Source of the DNA: Candidatus Latescibacterota bacterium
GTDB taxonomy: Bacteria > Latescibacterota > UBA2968
Reading direction: 5' to 3'
Assembly: GCA_965222605.1 (NCBI GenBank)
Contig: OZ244960.1
Span: 64,001-128,000, forward strand
Length of the DNA: 64,000 nucleotides
Positions 28,085 through 37,010 of the stretch are shown piece after piece. Each line of letters opens with the position of its first letter. The stretch's first letter is position 1. The notes beneath the pieces were generated by a model. That model searched no databases and had not been told where the DNA came from. It saw nothing but the letters and a program-made list of their open reading frames with translations. The translations under genes were made by a program, and so were the position numbers.

Positions 28085-30178
28085 ATGATATTGCGAATGC
28101 TATTCAGTCTTATGCTCGTCGTACCAACAAATGTAGTATGGGCGAATATCGACTCTTTACTCATTGCGGCCACAGATACGACGCGTGCGTTTGAAGATCG
28201 CGAGTCGCTCTTAAAAGCGGCTGCAAAAAGCGATCCGTCGGGACGCGCGGCCCACGCGCTGGGTACATTGTACATGTTGCAGGGCAAAGGGCATGTACAC
28301 GATGCCGAGCGATGGTTAAAAAGGGCGATGCAAAAAAAACCGAATAATGGGAATATTTTGACCTCGCTGGCCGAGTATTACTGGCGCATCGGGAGGCGAA
28401 CAACCGCGATAGTATATGCCAAGCGAGGTATTGAACGCGATCCCGACAATGTGGGACCATTGTATTGGGCGGCGCGCTTTGAAATGTGGAATATGACGCG
28501 GTATCTGGATGGCGAGCGCAAAATTGTGAATTATGGTTCGGATTTCAATAGATACAGGAGAACAGTCAGAACATTGAGTTTGGAAAATTACGGCATTGAA
28601 GCGCGCGATGCGGCCATTGGATATTTGACGCGTGCAATTGACAAACACCCAGACCACTGGCCCTCGCATCACTTATTGGGACTGGTCTATTACGAAGGCC
28701 GAATGGCTCGTGAATTGATTCCCCTATTTGAAAATTATGTGCAACGGCATCCCGACAATGCCCATGCACATTTTTTTGTTGGATTGGGGTATCAAGCTGA
28801 GGACCGGTTGCAGGATGCGTATGCGGCCTATACCAGGGGGCTTGCGCGCATGGCAGAAGAAGAGCAACGCTTCATGATGGGTGTGTTCATACTCGCCGAT
28901 CCCGACTCAACTGCGCCAGATCGCGCGTCCATTCGCAAATTCTGGACGGGGCGAGACCCGTTATTTTTGACCGAATACAACGAGCGATTACTCGAACACT
29001 GTCGGCGCGTGGCTTATGCCAATTTGCGATTTGGCGATCCCTTAAAAGGCATTTCCGGATGGACAACAGATAAAGGCCAGGTTTATATCCGTTATGGTCA
29101 TCCAGTATCTCTGGTCGCGAGACCTGCGGAGTTTCATACAGGTGTGGATTTGCCCGGGTATATGCAGGATTATCTGGCCTGGCAGGCGCGGTGGCAGATG
29201 ATGTCGCATAATTACGAGCATCGGAAAGAATTGTGGCGATACGAAGGCTTTACCATCATTTTTGAAAATACGGACACGCGCGATCACTGGAATTTCCGCC
29301 TGGGCTGGTTGGATTCTGAAATGAATCCCCTGGGCTTTAAGATGTTTGTCGAGCGCAATCCCGACCATTTTCGAGACCCGTACTGGCACGAGCGGTACAA
29401 CGCGCCACATCAGATCGCGCAGTTTCGCGGAGAAGACGACAAAACGCGTGTTGAAGTGTATTATGCTCTGGACGCCGACGAGGTCGAAACAAAAGACCTC
29501 CGCGCAGGCGTAAAAGGCGTCAACTTGCGTCAGGGCCTGTTCCTTTTTGACGCTCAATGGGATACGTTGCGTCGGGATATAGGTCGGGTGCAGCGCATGC
29601 CCATCGTGAAGTACGATGCACTTGGCACGGGCTATTTGCTGGCGGGTGATCGGCTCAATTTGAAAGCCGGGCGTTATTATCTATCGGCAGAAGTCGAGGA
29701 CCTTATAAAAAAATCTGTGGGAACATTTCGCGATACGCTCAATGTGAGACAATTTTTAAAAGAGCAACTGGACATCAGCGACTTGTTGATGGCGCGACGC
29801 GTGGTCGAGCGCGAAGACCGCCCCTTTGGTCGCAATCGCTTTCTCATATTGTCAAATCCCTTGCGACGATATGAACACAACGGTCAAGCCGTGGTGTATT
29901 TTGAAATTTACAACTTACAGCGCGATAATTTTGGCGCGACCCATTACAAGCTCACCTTTCAAGTGCGCGCACTAAGCGATGCCGGCGATGTAGAGCAGGT
30001 GGATTGGGTAACAGCCGTGTCTTACGAACAACGCGGCAATAGCGACTGGGAGCCGTTGTTCTTGGCACTGGCACTGGACAAAACCATGCCAGGTCCCAAA
30101 GCACTGCGCGTGGTGATCGAAGATTTGCAAACTCTGGAAATGGCGCGTTCAACAACGCAGTTTCGCGTGATGTGGTAG
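28085..30178 (+). CDS. GWxTD domain protein with TPR repeats
   Basis: Signal peptide, TPRs, DPLFLTEYNERLLEH..RVAYAN..F...GWTTDKGQVYIRYG. Confidence 0.85.
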   Translation: MILRMLFSLMLVVPTNVVWANIDSLLIAATDTTRAFEDRESLLKAAAKSDPSGRAAHALGTLYMLQGKGHVHDAERWLKRAMQKKPNNGNILTSLAEYYWRIGRRTTAIVYAKRGIERDPDNVGPLYWAARFEMWNMTRYLDGERKIVNYGSDFNRYRRTVRTLSLENYGIEARDAAIGYLTRAIDKHPDHWPSHHLLGLVYYEGRMARELIPLFENYVQRHPDNAHAHFFVGLGYQAEDRLQDAYAAYTRGLARMAEEEQRFMMGVFILADPDSTAPDRASIRKFWTGRDPLFLTEYNERLLEHCRRVAYANLRFGDPLKGISGWTTDKGQVYIRYGHPVSLVARPAEFHTGVDLPGYMQDYLAWQARWQMMSHNYEHRKELWRYEGFTIIFENTDTRDHWNFRLGWLDSEMNPLGFKMFVERNPDHFRDPYWHERYNAPHQIAQFRGEDDKTRVEVYYALDADEVETKDLRAGVKGVNLRQGLFLFDAQWDTLRRDIGRVQRMPIVKYDALGTGYLLAGDRLNLKAGRYYLSAEVEDLIKKSVGTFRDTLNVRQFLKEQLDISDLLMARRVVEREDRPFGRNRFLILSNPLRRYEHNGQAVVYFEIYNLQRDNFGATHYKLTFQVRALSDAGDVEQVDWVTAVSYEQRGNSDWEPLFLALALDKTMPGPKALRVVIEDLQTLEMARSTTQFRVMW

Positions 30179-30205
30179 CCTCGCCGTCAAAAAAGGAGAC
30201 GCAAT

Positions 30206-31168
30206 ATGGGCAAAGTTACTGGTATTATTTTGGTATTAGTCGTTTCTGTTGGTGCGGCGGAAAAGCCGCAGATGTTGCGCGCCTGGGCAAAGGACCGCTG
30301 GGCTGTGGTGACGGTGCGCGAAGTTACCGGAACAGTCGTTGTTGTCAGCCCGGCCATAGGGCGAGAAATTGATTTTGATGAGGGCAATCGGTTGGGCGTT
30401 TTTCAAGGCATAACAGAATATACAAAGCGCAGCAACGTGCCCACATTGACACATCCGGTAACGGGATTTCAGTCTGCGGTATTTCTCAAATTGGCAGACG
30501 ATCAATATGGCATCTGTGTAACCTTTCGCGACGAAGCAGGCACGCGCTGTCGGTTGCTACACATTCGAGATGTAGAGGAATTGCATCGCATTCGAGATTA
30601 TATCCATCGAATGACCGATGTAAAGGCTGCACCGGACTATCCATTGGTAACAGACGAAAAAGCGACTTGTGACGTAATATCACCTGTTTATCGCGCCCAT
30701 GAGCGGTTGCAAGTAAAAATGGCGCTGACAGATGGCGAGAAAATAAAAGGTGAACTTTTGCCGATGCTGGAAGATGGGCAAATGCTCATCGACACGCCCC
30801 TGGGATTTCGACGGATCAAAGTGGGCGCAATTGATCAGATTCGCATTGCACCGCGCGGAGGCAAACGGATTGTGACTGAGACAATTCGGAGCGGCATGAA
30901 GTACGGCATTCTGGGCGGGATTACGGGATTACTCGCGGGCTTGTCATTTGGAGGCTTATCTGCCAAAGACGAAATGACTCTTGGCGCTCTATGGGGCGGG
31001 ACGGTTGGAGCTTCAGTCGGATTTTTAGATGGGTTGCTGTCAATTGAACGCGCCCGAACATTTCGATTTGAACATGGTGATGCCAATAAAAAACCGAAGA
31101 TCCGACTTTTACCGCAGCAATTAAAGCCCTCAAGGGCTATCTCTTTTATACTTTCTTTTTCTATTTAA
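30206..31168 (+). CDS. Secreted hypothetical protein with C-terminal Gly-zipper hairpin
   Basis: AAGGAG RBS, signal peptide, GILGGITGLLAG...GGTVGASVG. Confidence 0.7.
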   Translation: MGKVTGIILVLVVSVGAAEKPQMLRAWAKDRWAVVTVREVTGTVVVVSPAIGREIDFDEGNRLGVFQGITEYTKRSNVPTLTHPVTGFQSAVFLKLADDQYGICVTFRDEAGTRCRLLHIRDVEELHRIRDYIHRMTDVKAAPDYPLVTDEKATCDVISPVYRAHERLQVKMALTDGEKIKGELLPMLEDGQMLIDTPLGFRRIKVGAIDQIRIAPRGGKRIVTETIRSGMKYGILGGITGLLAGLSFGGLSAKDEMTLGALWGGTVGASVGFLDGLLSIERARTFRFEHGDANKKPKIRLLPQQLKPSRAISFILSFSI

Positions 31169-31197
31169 TTGTAACCCAATCTTCACTCGCGCTTAAT

Positions 31198-31272
31198 AAA
31201 GAAAAAGCCCTCCGCAAATTGCGTCACCCTTCTCGAGGCCGCAAACTCATCTCGTATGCAGAAGCTGGCTAA
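31198..31272 (+). pseudogene. rpoD: 3' stub of a primary sigma70 factor gene
   Basis: Reads KEKALRKLRHPSRGRKLISYAEAG*, the conserved end of sigma region 4.2; no upstream part of the gene. Confidence 0.75.
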
Positions 31273-31295
31273 CGCATTAATCCCTCCCAAAAGTG

Positions 31296-31334
31296 AAAAA
31301 GCCTCTGAAGCGTGTATTTTCAGAGGCTTTTTTT
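31296..31334 (+). terminator. Rho-independent terminator
   Basis: AAAAAGCCTCTGAA...TTCAGAGGCTTTTTTT. Confidence 0.85.
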
Positions 31335-31352
31335 AATATCTAACACCAAAAC

Positions 31353-31390
31353 TTGATTTGTCTGAGGTTGTTATGTACATTGCTGTACAT
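31353..31390 (+). promoter_or_regulatory. Sigma70 promoter with tandem TGTACA operator palindromes
   Basis: TTGATT-17-TACATT; TGTACA at 31374 and 31384, as in YefM-type operators. Confidence 0.65.
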
Positions 31391-31408
31391 AATCTGAAAG
31401 GAGGAAAA

Positions 31409-31642
31409 ATGAAAACTGTTACATCCACTGAATTTCGTCAGCATGCGACGGCGTATTTAAATGCTGTTGAACAGGGCGAGACGTTTCGTATATTGCGGCA
31501 CGGTAAACCTGTTGCTGATCTAAAACCCATAAAAACAAGCAACACCGTACCTTCCTGGAAACGGTGTATTGAACCGATCAAGTTAAGAGGTATTTCTGTT
31601 TCGGATATGATAGTAAAAGAAAGAGATGAGTACGGACGATGA
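31409..31642 (+). CDS. Phd/YefM-family antitoxin
   Basis: MKTVTSTEFRQHATAYLNAVEQGETFRILRHGKPVADL; AGGAGG RBS. Confidence 0.9.
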   Translation: MKTVTSTEFRQHATAYLNAVEQGETFRILRHGKPVADLKPIKTSNTVPSWKRCIEPIKLRGISVSDMIVKERDEYGR

Positions 31643-31695
31643 ATGCTTTTTTTGATTCTTCTGCCCTTGTCAAAAGATAGGTTGAAGATGATGGA
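31639..31695 (+). pseudogene. VapC/PIN toxin 5' stub with nonsense codon
   Basis: ATGA-coupled to the antitoxin; reads MNAFFDSSALVKR*VEDDG (VapC consensus FDSSALVKRYVxE). Confidence 0.8.
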
Positions 31696-31702
31696 GGTCG
31701 TT

Positions 31703-32302
31703 ATGAGATATTCGGGTATGGTATTCGCGGTGATCTCCTCCACGCTATTTTTATCTGGATGTGAGGATTCCGATTTTGGTGTTGCCAATTTTATGCTGCC
31801 GGTTTTTCCCGAAGGCACAGAAGTCGATCCAAATTTGTTCACGGGAACCTGGCACGGCATAGAGGATGATGCAATGGTAAAAATCGAGAAGGAGGGGAAA
31901 AGTGCCATGCGCGTGCATTTTACAAGCGCGTCCGATACCTTGCATTTTACCGGTACTGCGTTTGGCATTGACGGCCAGGTATTTTTCGATCTCTTCCCCG
32001 ATATTCCCGATGACGTGATGGAAAGGCTCAACTACCTGGTCATGTATCTTTTTCCCGTACATACGGTTGCAAAGGTTCGTTTGAGCGATACAACGATGGA
32101 TTTTGCGCTCATGGATCCGTTCAAACTCTACAGATTTCTCACACGGCAGGCCACAAGTGCGATACCCCATGTGAAGCCCGACGCGGGTTCTATCGCGATT
32201 ACGGCATCGCGTTTGGAGAATTACAATTTCCTCAAGACCCATGCCCATCAAATCGAGGGTTTGTTCGATGAGGTCATTACGCTGGTGCGAAGAGAACCCT
32301 GA
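31703..32302 (+). CDS. Hypothetical lipoprotein
   Basis: GGAGG RBS, lipobox LSGC. Confidence 0.75.
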   Translation: MRYSGMVFAVISSTLFLSGCEDSDFGVANFMLPVFPEGTEVDPNLFTGTWHGIEDDAMVKIEKEGKSAMRVHFTSASDTLHFTGTAFGIDGQVFFDLFPDIPDDVMERLNYLVMYLFPVHTVAKVRLSDTTMDFALMDPFKLYRFLTRQATSAIPHVKPDAGSIAITASRLENYNFLKTHAHQIEGLFDEVITLVRREP

Positions 32303-32381
32303 ATGCGGTTTTCTCTTTTCTTTTTTAGCTCTGCCTTATTTTTTTAAACCACTTTTTACAGAGACCAACAGGAGGCAAGCG

Positions 32382-32951
32382 ATGGACGTTTTGGAAGCTA
32401 TTCACACGCGGCGCACAATTTTTAAATTCAAACCGGGCGGTGTGCCCAAAGATGTGGTTGAAAAAATTTTTGAAGCCGGTCTGTGGGCGCCCAATCACCA
32501 TTTGACAGAACCGTGGCGATTTGTGGTGTTGGGAGAAGAGACCAAAGAAATACTGGCGCAACGCTACAGCGAAATTCAGGAGGAAAAAGCTGCAGAAAGT
32601 GCAAGCGACGAGGCCAGGCGGATATTAAAAGAAGCCGGTTATGCCAAGTTCATGTCAAAGCCAACAATTATTGCGGTGGCGTGTTTGCAAGATGGTGACG
32701 AAATAAAAAACAGAGAAGATTATGCGGCTACGTGTTGCGCCATGCAAAATGTACAGTTGGTTGCCTGGGCAGTAGGGGTTGGCATGCAGTGGAGCACGGG
32801 GCCGATTACATTGGAAGAAAACACCTACAAATTATTGAGTGTAGATACTGAGAACGAATATATTATCGGATTTTTCTACACCGGATATCCCGATGAAATT
32901 CCAGAACCGAGGCGAAAACCCCTCGAAGAGGTGATGAGCTGGACGGATTGA
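32382..32951 (+). CDS. Nitroreductase family protein (YdjA-like)
   Basis: AIHTRRTI, WAPNHHLTEPWRF and AMQNVQL..W..GVGMQWST motifs. Confidence 0.9.
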   Translation: MDVLEAIHTRRTIFKFKPGGVPKDVVEKIFEAGLWAPNHHLTEPWRFVVLGEETKEILAQRYSEIQEEKAAESASDEARRILKEAGYAKFMSKPTIIAVACLQDGDEIKNREDYAATCCAMQNVQLVAWAVGVGMQWSTGPITLEENTYKLLSVDTENEYIIGFFYTGYPDEIPEPRRKPLEEVMSWTD

Positions 32952-32962
32952 TTCCGCTAACC

Positions 32963-33748
32963 ATGGATGGTTTTGAATTTTTTGTTTTGTATCGCCTGCC
33001 CTACCTCACATGCCCTTTCTATCTTATCATGTTGGGCGTGCGAATATGGGTGTGGATGCGGTTTTACAACCCTGCGCTCAAGCTATTGCCATGGGCCAGA
33101 GGATCTGTATATGGCGTATGGAAGCGGCAGTACCGCCCAACCATTCACATTTTCCCAGGATCTCGCTCACAGGGAACGGAATGGAAGCGCGCAATAAAGG
33201 GCTTTGTTTTTTTTACCGGCCTATACAAACGCGACAAAGTGCTATGGCTGGGTTCCTGGTCGCTCCATTTGGGGCTATTTCTGGTAATCGTTGCTCATGT
33301 GCGCGTGATTTTGCCGCCTGACCAGGAGCTGATCTGTTTGCGCGTCGCATTGACCGGCAGTGGACTGATGACTGTATCGGGCACATATTTGTTGCTTCGT
33401 CGAATAATCGTACAGCGCGTACGAGAAATTACAGACTTTCGGGACTATCTGGCGGAGTTCATCCTCCTGTCCTTTTCTGCGACAGCATTTCTCGTAGTAT
33501 TAGATAGCGGCGTGTCATCCGAGGCCCTGCGCCACTATATGTCTGGCCTATTGACGGGCACAACGGCAGTTATTGAAGTCCAACGCATTTTTGTCTGGCA
33601 CATGCTCGCCGCACAGCTCTTGTTGATCGTGATCCCATTTTCCCATCTGTTGCATTTGGGTGGGATTTTTTTGAGCCGCGAATTTTTGGGCACATCCGAT
33701 ACATTTGCAGGGGATTTTGGACCGGAATTCAAGGATAGACAGGATTAA
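32963..33748 (+). CDS. DsrM/NarI-like diheme cytochrome b membrane subunit
   Basis: About five TM helices; His pairs LHLGL...AHVR and WHML...PFSHLLH; RRI...VREIT...DY motif; alternative TTG start at 32948. Confidence 0.82.
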   Translation: MDGFEFFVLYRLPYLTCPFYLIMLGVRIWVWMRFYNPALKLLPWARGSVYGVWKRQYRPTIHIFPGSRSQGTEWKRAIKGFVFFTGLYKRDKVLWLGSWSLHLGLFLVIVAHVRVILPPDQELICLRVALTGSGLMTVSGTYLLLRRIIVQRVREITDFRDYLAEFILLSFSATAFLVVLDSGVSSEALRHYMSGLLTGTTAVIEVQRIFVWHMLAAQLLLIVIPFSHLLHLGGIFLSREFLGTSDTFAGDFGPEFKDRQD

Positions 33749-33768
33749 CATCCGCAGGGATTGAACGA

Positions 33769-35103
33769 ATGGAACGCGAAAAAAAATACATTCCATCAGG
33801 CATGGTTGGCACGTATATGCGGCGCATTGCCGAATCGGATCCGTTTGTCCGAGAGATTCAGGATGAACCGTCGGCGTTGCGTTTGTACATGGATACCTGT
33901 ACCAAATGTGGGGTTTGCGCGCAGGAATGCCCGGTGTATTACGGGCAGCCCGATAAGCGCATGCACCCTGTGGAACGCTCTCGACAAGTGATTCGTTTAT
34001 ATAAAAAGTACACGACATTTTGGGGGCGATTCTGGAACGCCATTTTCCCAAAACCAGATTTTGAAAATAACGATGCCGAATTGTTTTCCGAGCGCATGTA
34101 CGAGTGTTTGACCTGTCGGCGGTGTGCGGCATTTTGTCCTGTGGGAATCGATCATTCGGTGGTTTCCCGCGTTGGACGCTCGCTTGTCGATTTGATGGGG
34201 CTGACGCCACCATCCCTGGCACAGGGCACGCACAATTCGTTTGAAACGGGCAATTTGGAAGGTGCGTCGCCCGAGGCATTTTTGGATGCGATTCAATTTA
34301 TCGAAGAGGAACTCAGGGAAGAAACAGGACGAAATATTTCCATTCCCTTAGACCGCGAAGGCGCGGAAATTTTCTTTTTACCACCGTCGGGCGATGTGCT
34401 GGTTTATGCTGAAAACTTAATGGGCATGGCGAAAATTTTTCACGCCATCGGCGCCGATTGGACAATGAGTTCGCGGGCATTTGACGGATCGAATTTCGGA
34501 TTTACGACCGGCAACAACTTTTCGATGAAGTACGAGAACAAGCACTACATCGACGCGTGCGAAAAATTGGGATGTAAACTCATGGTGATGGGCGAATGCG
34601 GGCATGCGTATCGGGTGATGAAGTTTATGGCCTGCGAAGGGCACTGGTGGGGCACATTGCCTTTTGAGATTACCAGTGGATTTGAATATACGGCGCAACT
34701 TATTCGCGCGGGCAACCTGAAATTGGACCCGGATAAAAATCCCGATTCTGTGACCTATCACGACGCTTGCCAATTTGCTGCCGGGTGTGGAATTGTTGAG
34801 GAACCCCGAGAGATTTTGAAAGCGGCCTGTGCCGATTACCGCGAGATGCCCGATGGCGGGTACACGCAGTGGTGTTGTGGTGGTGGCGGCGGGTTGTCGG
34901 CACTGCGCTCGGTGCGCGCATTTCGGATGGAGGTCTCGGGAAAAAAGAAAGCAGAGCAAATGCGCCAGACCGATGCGAAGATCGTATCCACTTCGTGTTT
35001 GCAGTGCCGCACACAACTCAAAGAAATTGCGCGCTATCACAAAATGCCACTAAAAATTACGGGTGTACACGAGTTGGTAAACAATGCGATTCTACTGGAA
35101 TAG
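33769..35103 (+). CDS. DsrK/HdrD-like Fe-S protein with CCG domain
   Basis: CTKCGVCAQEC and CLTCRRCAAFCP ferredoxin motifs; GECGH, YHDAC, WCCGGGGG and CLQC. Confidence 0.85.
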   Translation: MEREKKYIPSGMVGTYMRRIAESDPFVREIQDEPSALRLYMDTCTKCGVCAQECPVYYGQPDKRMHPVERSRQVIRLYKKYTTFWGRFWNAIFPKPDFENNDAELFSERMYECLTCRRCAAFCPVGIDHSVVSRVGRSLVDLMGLTPPSLAQGTHNSFETGNLEGASPEAFLDAIQFIEEELREETGRNISIPLDREGAEIFFLPPSGDVLVYAENLMGMAKIFHAIGADWTMSSRAFDGSNFGFTTGNNFSMKYENKHYIDACEKLGCKLMVMGECGHAYRVMKFMACEGHWWGTLPFEITSGFEYTAQLIRAGNLKLDPDKNPDSVTYHDACQFAAGCGIVEEPREILKAACADYREMPDGGYTQWCCGGGGGLSALRSVRAFRMEVSGKKKAEQMRQTDAKIVSTSCLQCRTQLKEIARYHKMPLKITGVHELVNNAILLE

Positions 35104-35113
35104 CCGATAGCTC

Positions 35114-36289
35114 ATGTCTCATTTAATTTACATGGACAATGCGGCAACGACGTTTCCAAAGCCCCCCAATGTGCTGGAAGACGCGCTGGCGTTTTATCGA
35201 AAATACGGGGTGAACCCCGGGCGCAGTGGCATGGATTTAGCGCGGGAGGCCGAGGCTATGGTTGCCGAGGCGCGTGCATCACTCGCATCGTTTTTGGGGG
35301 CTACGGGCAGTCCCGATCAGCTGGTGTTTACACACAATGCCTCAGATGCGTTGAATATTGCGATTCAGGGCACGTTGAAATCCGGCGATCACGTAATTAC
35401 AACGCTTCTGGATCACAACTCGGTTTTGCGCCCGATTTACCATCTCTCAAAATATGAAGGAATTGAGACGACTTATGTGGGCTTTGGGGCGGATGGCTTT
35501 GCCGACCCCGCCGATATTGCCAGAGCGATCAGACCAAATACAAAACTCGTGGTAATGACCCATGCATCCAATGTACTGGGCACTGTGCAGCCCGTAGCAG
35601 CAGTCGGCGCAATCTGTCGCGCACGCGGTGTAATTTTCTGCGTTGATGTGGCGCAAACAGCGGGTATGTTGCCCATTGATATGGAGGCGATGCAGGCCGA
35701 TATTTTGTGTTTTACCGGACACAAGTCACTCATGGGACCAACGGGTACTGGTGGGATGTACGTGCGCAAAGGCGTGGCGATTGCACCGTTGCGATACGGC
35801 GGGACGGGTGTGCGATCCGAGTATCCCGATCATCTGGACGAGTATCCCTGGCGATTGGAGTGTGGCACGGGCAATCTGATGGGCATTGCAGGGTTGTTGT
35901 ACGCGCAGAAATGGATGCGATGCGAAGGCGTAGAAAATATTCATGCACGCGAGATGGCTTTGTTCAAACAACTGGTCAATGGCCTGCGCGAAGTCGATGG
36001 AACCATTTTGTATTGCGCTGAAAATCTCGATCAACACGTACCTGTACTGTCGGTCAATATCGAAGGGATGACAGCGAACAATGTAGGTACATTACTGGAT
36101 GTAAAGTTCAATGTGGCAACGCGCACGGGATTGCAATGCGCGCCAAAGGTACATGAGATATTGGGCACGAAAGCGATGAAGGGCACCGTGCGCCTTTCGT
36201 TGGGTCCCTTCAATACCGAAGCACAGATTGAGACTGTGATCGAGGGCTTGAGCGATATTTCCAAAAGACACGGGCGAAGTAGTGTATGA
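35114..36289 (+). CDS. Cysteine desulfurase / selenocysteine lyase family (class V PLP enzyme)
   Basis: YMDNAATT, HNSV, HASNV, TGHKSL (PLP Lys) and RTGLQCAP catalytic Cys. Confidence 0.9.
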   Translation: MSHLIYMDNAATTFPKPPNVLEDALAFYRKYGVNPGRSGMDLAREAEAMVAEARASLASFLGATGSPDQLVFTHNASDALNIAIQGTLKSGDHVITTLLDHNSVLRPIYHLSKYEGIETTYVGFGADGFADPADIARAIRPNTKLVVMTHASNVLGTVQPVAAVGAICRARGVIFCVDVAQTAGMLPIDMEAMQADILCFTGHKSLMGPTGTGGMYVRKGVAIAPLRYGGTGVRSEYPDHLDEYPWRLECGTGNLMGIAGLLYAQKWMRCEGVENIHAREMALFKQLVNGLREVDGTILYCAENLDQHVPVLSVNIEGMTANNVGTLLDVKFNVATRTGLQCAPKVHEILGTKAMKGTVRLSLGPFNTEAQIETVIEGLSDISKRHGRSSV

Positions 36290-36341
36290 AGGCGAGTAAT
36301 TCGAGCATGACTGCACCAGCAGGTAAAAGGTCAGGTGAGGA

Positions 36342-36665
36342 ATGGCGTATGAAATTGTGACGCTGGGTGGCAAAGAAATTGAGGTGGATGAAGATGGATT
36401 TGTCCAACAGCCCGAGTTGTGGGATGAAGATGTGGCGCGCGATCTGGCCCAACAAGATGGCATTGAAGAGATGAGTGAGGATCACTGGCAAGTGGTGTAT
36501 TATATCCGCAATTATTGGTTGAAATTTGAGATCGCCCCATTGATCCGCCGCTTATGTAAGGAGACGGAGAAAGATATCGATACGATTTACGATCTGTTTT
36601 CCGCAGGCCCCGCCGATGGCGCGTGTAAAATCGCGGGCTTGCCAACTCCTACTGGCTGTACATGA
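36342..36665 (+). CDS. DsrC/TusE family sulfur carrier with both C-terminal cysteines
   Basis: VDEDGF...HWQVVYYIR...LF..GPA..ACKIAGLPTPTGC (CX10C). Confidence 0.9.
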   Translation: MAYEIVTLGGKEIEVDEDGFVQQPELWDEDVARDLAQQDGIEEMSEDHWQVVYYIRNYWLKFEIAPLIRRLCKETEKDIDTIYDLFSAGPADGACKIAGLPTPTGCT

Positions 36666-36703
36666 CCGCTAAACTAAAAATAAGACAACAAATGAGGCCA
36701 AAG

Positions 36704-36970
36704 ATGTCGTCTATAATGATTGAATGCCCTGCCAACATTCTGGATGCGCTAAAAGAAACCCCTGATGAATTTGCGCGAGAAGCACGGATACTTTTGGCAG
36801 CAAAGCTATATGAAATTGGTCGCTTATCTTCAGGGCGAGCTGCAGAACTCGCAGGCCTGGGTAGGGTGGCTTTTTTTGATATGTTGAAGTCGTACAAAGT
36901 ACCTGTCGCAAATTTAACCCGTGAAGAGTTGAAAAAGGACTTTGAGAGTGCCAGAAAGATGCGTGGTTGA
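36704..36970 (+). CDS. UPF0175-family antitoxin-like protein
   Basis: LAAKLYEIGRLSSGRAAELAGL.RVAFF..L motif. Confidence 0.85.
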   Translation: MSSIMIECPANILDALKETPDEFAREARILLAAKLYEIGRLSSGRAAELAGLGRVAFFDMLKSYKVPVANLTREELKKDFESARKMRG

Positions 36971-37010
36971 TACATCTGCACTACAATATCTTTTTCGCAT
37001 TGATCAACTC
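36948..37010 (+). pseudogene. DUF3368/PIN toxin 5' stub
   Basis: GTG overlapping the antitoxin end reads MPERCVVDTSALQYLFRIDQL, then runs into the convergent gene. Confidence 0.7.

Noticed and set aside
36663-36665. Selenocysteine read-through at the DsrC TGA
   Set aside because: Both conserved Cys are already encoded, the stop is at the family's normal C-terminus, and no SECIS-like hairpin follows.
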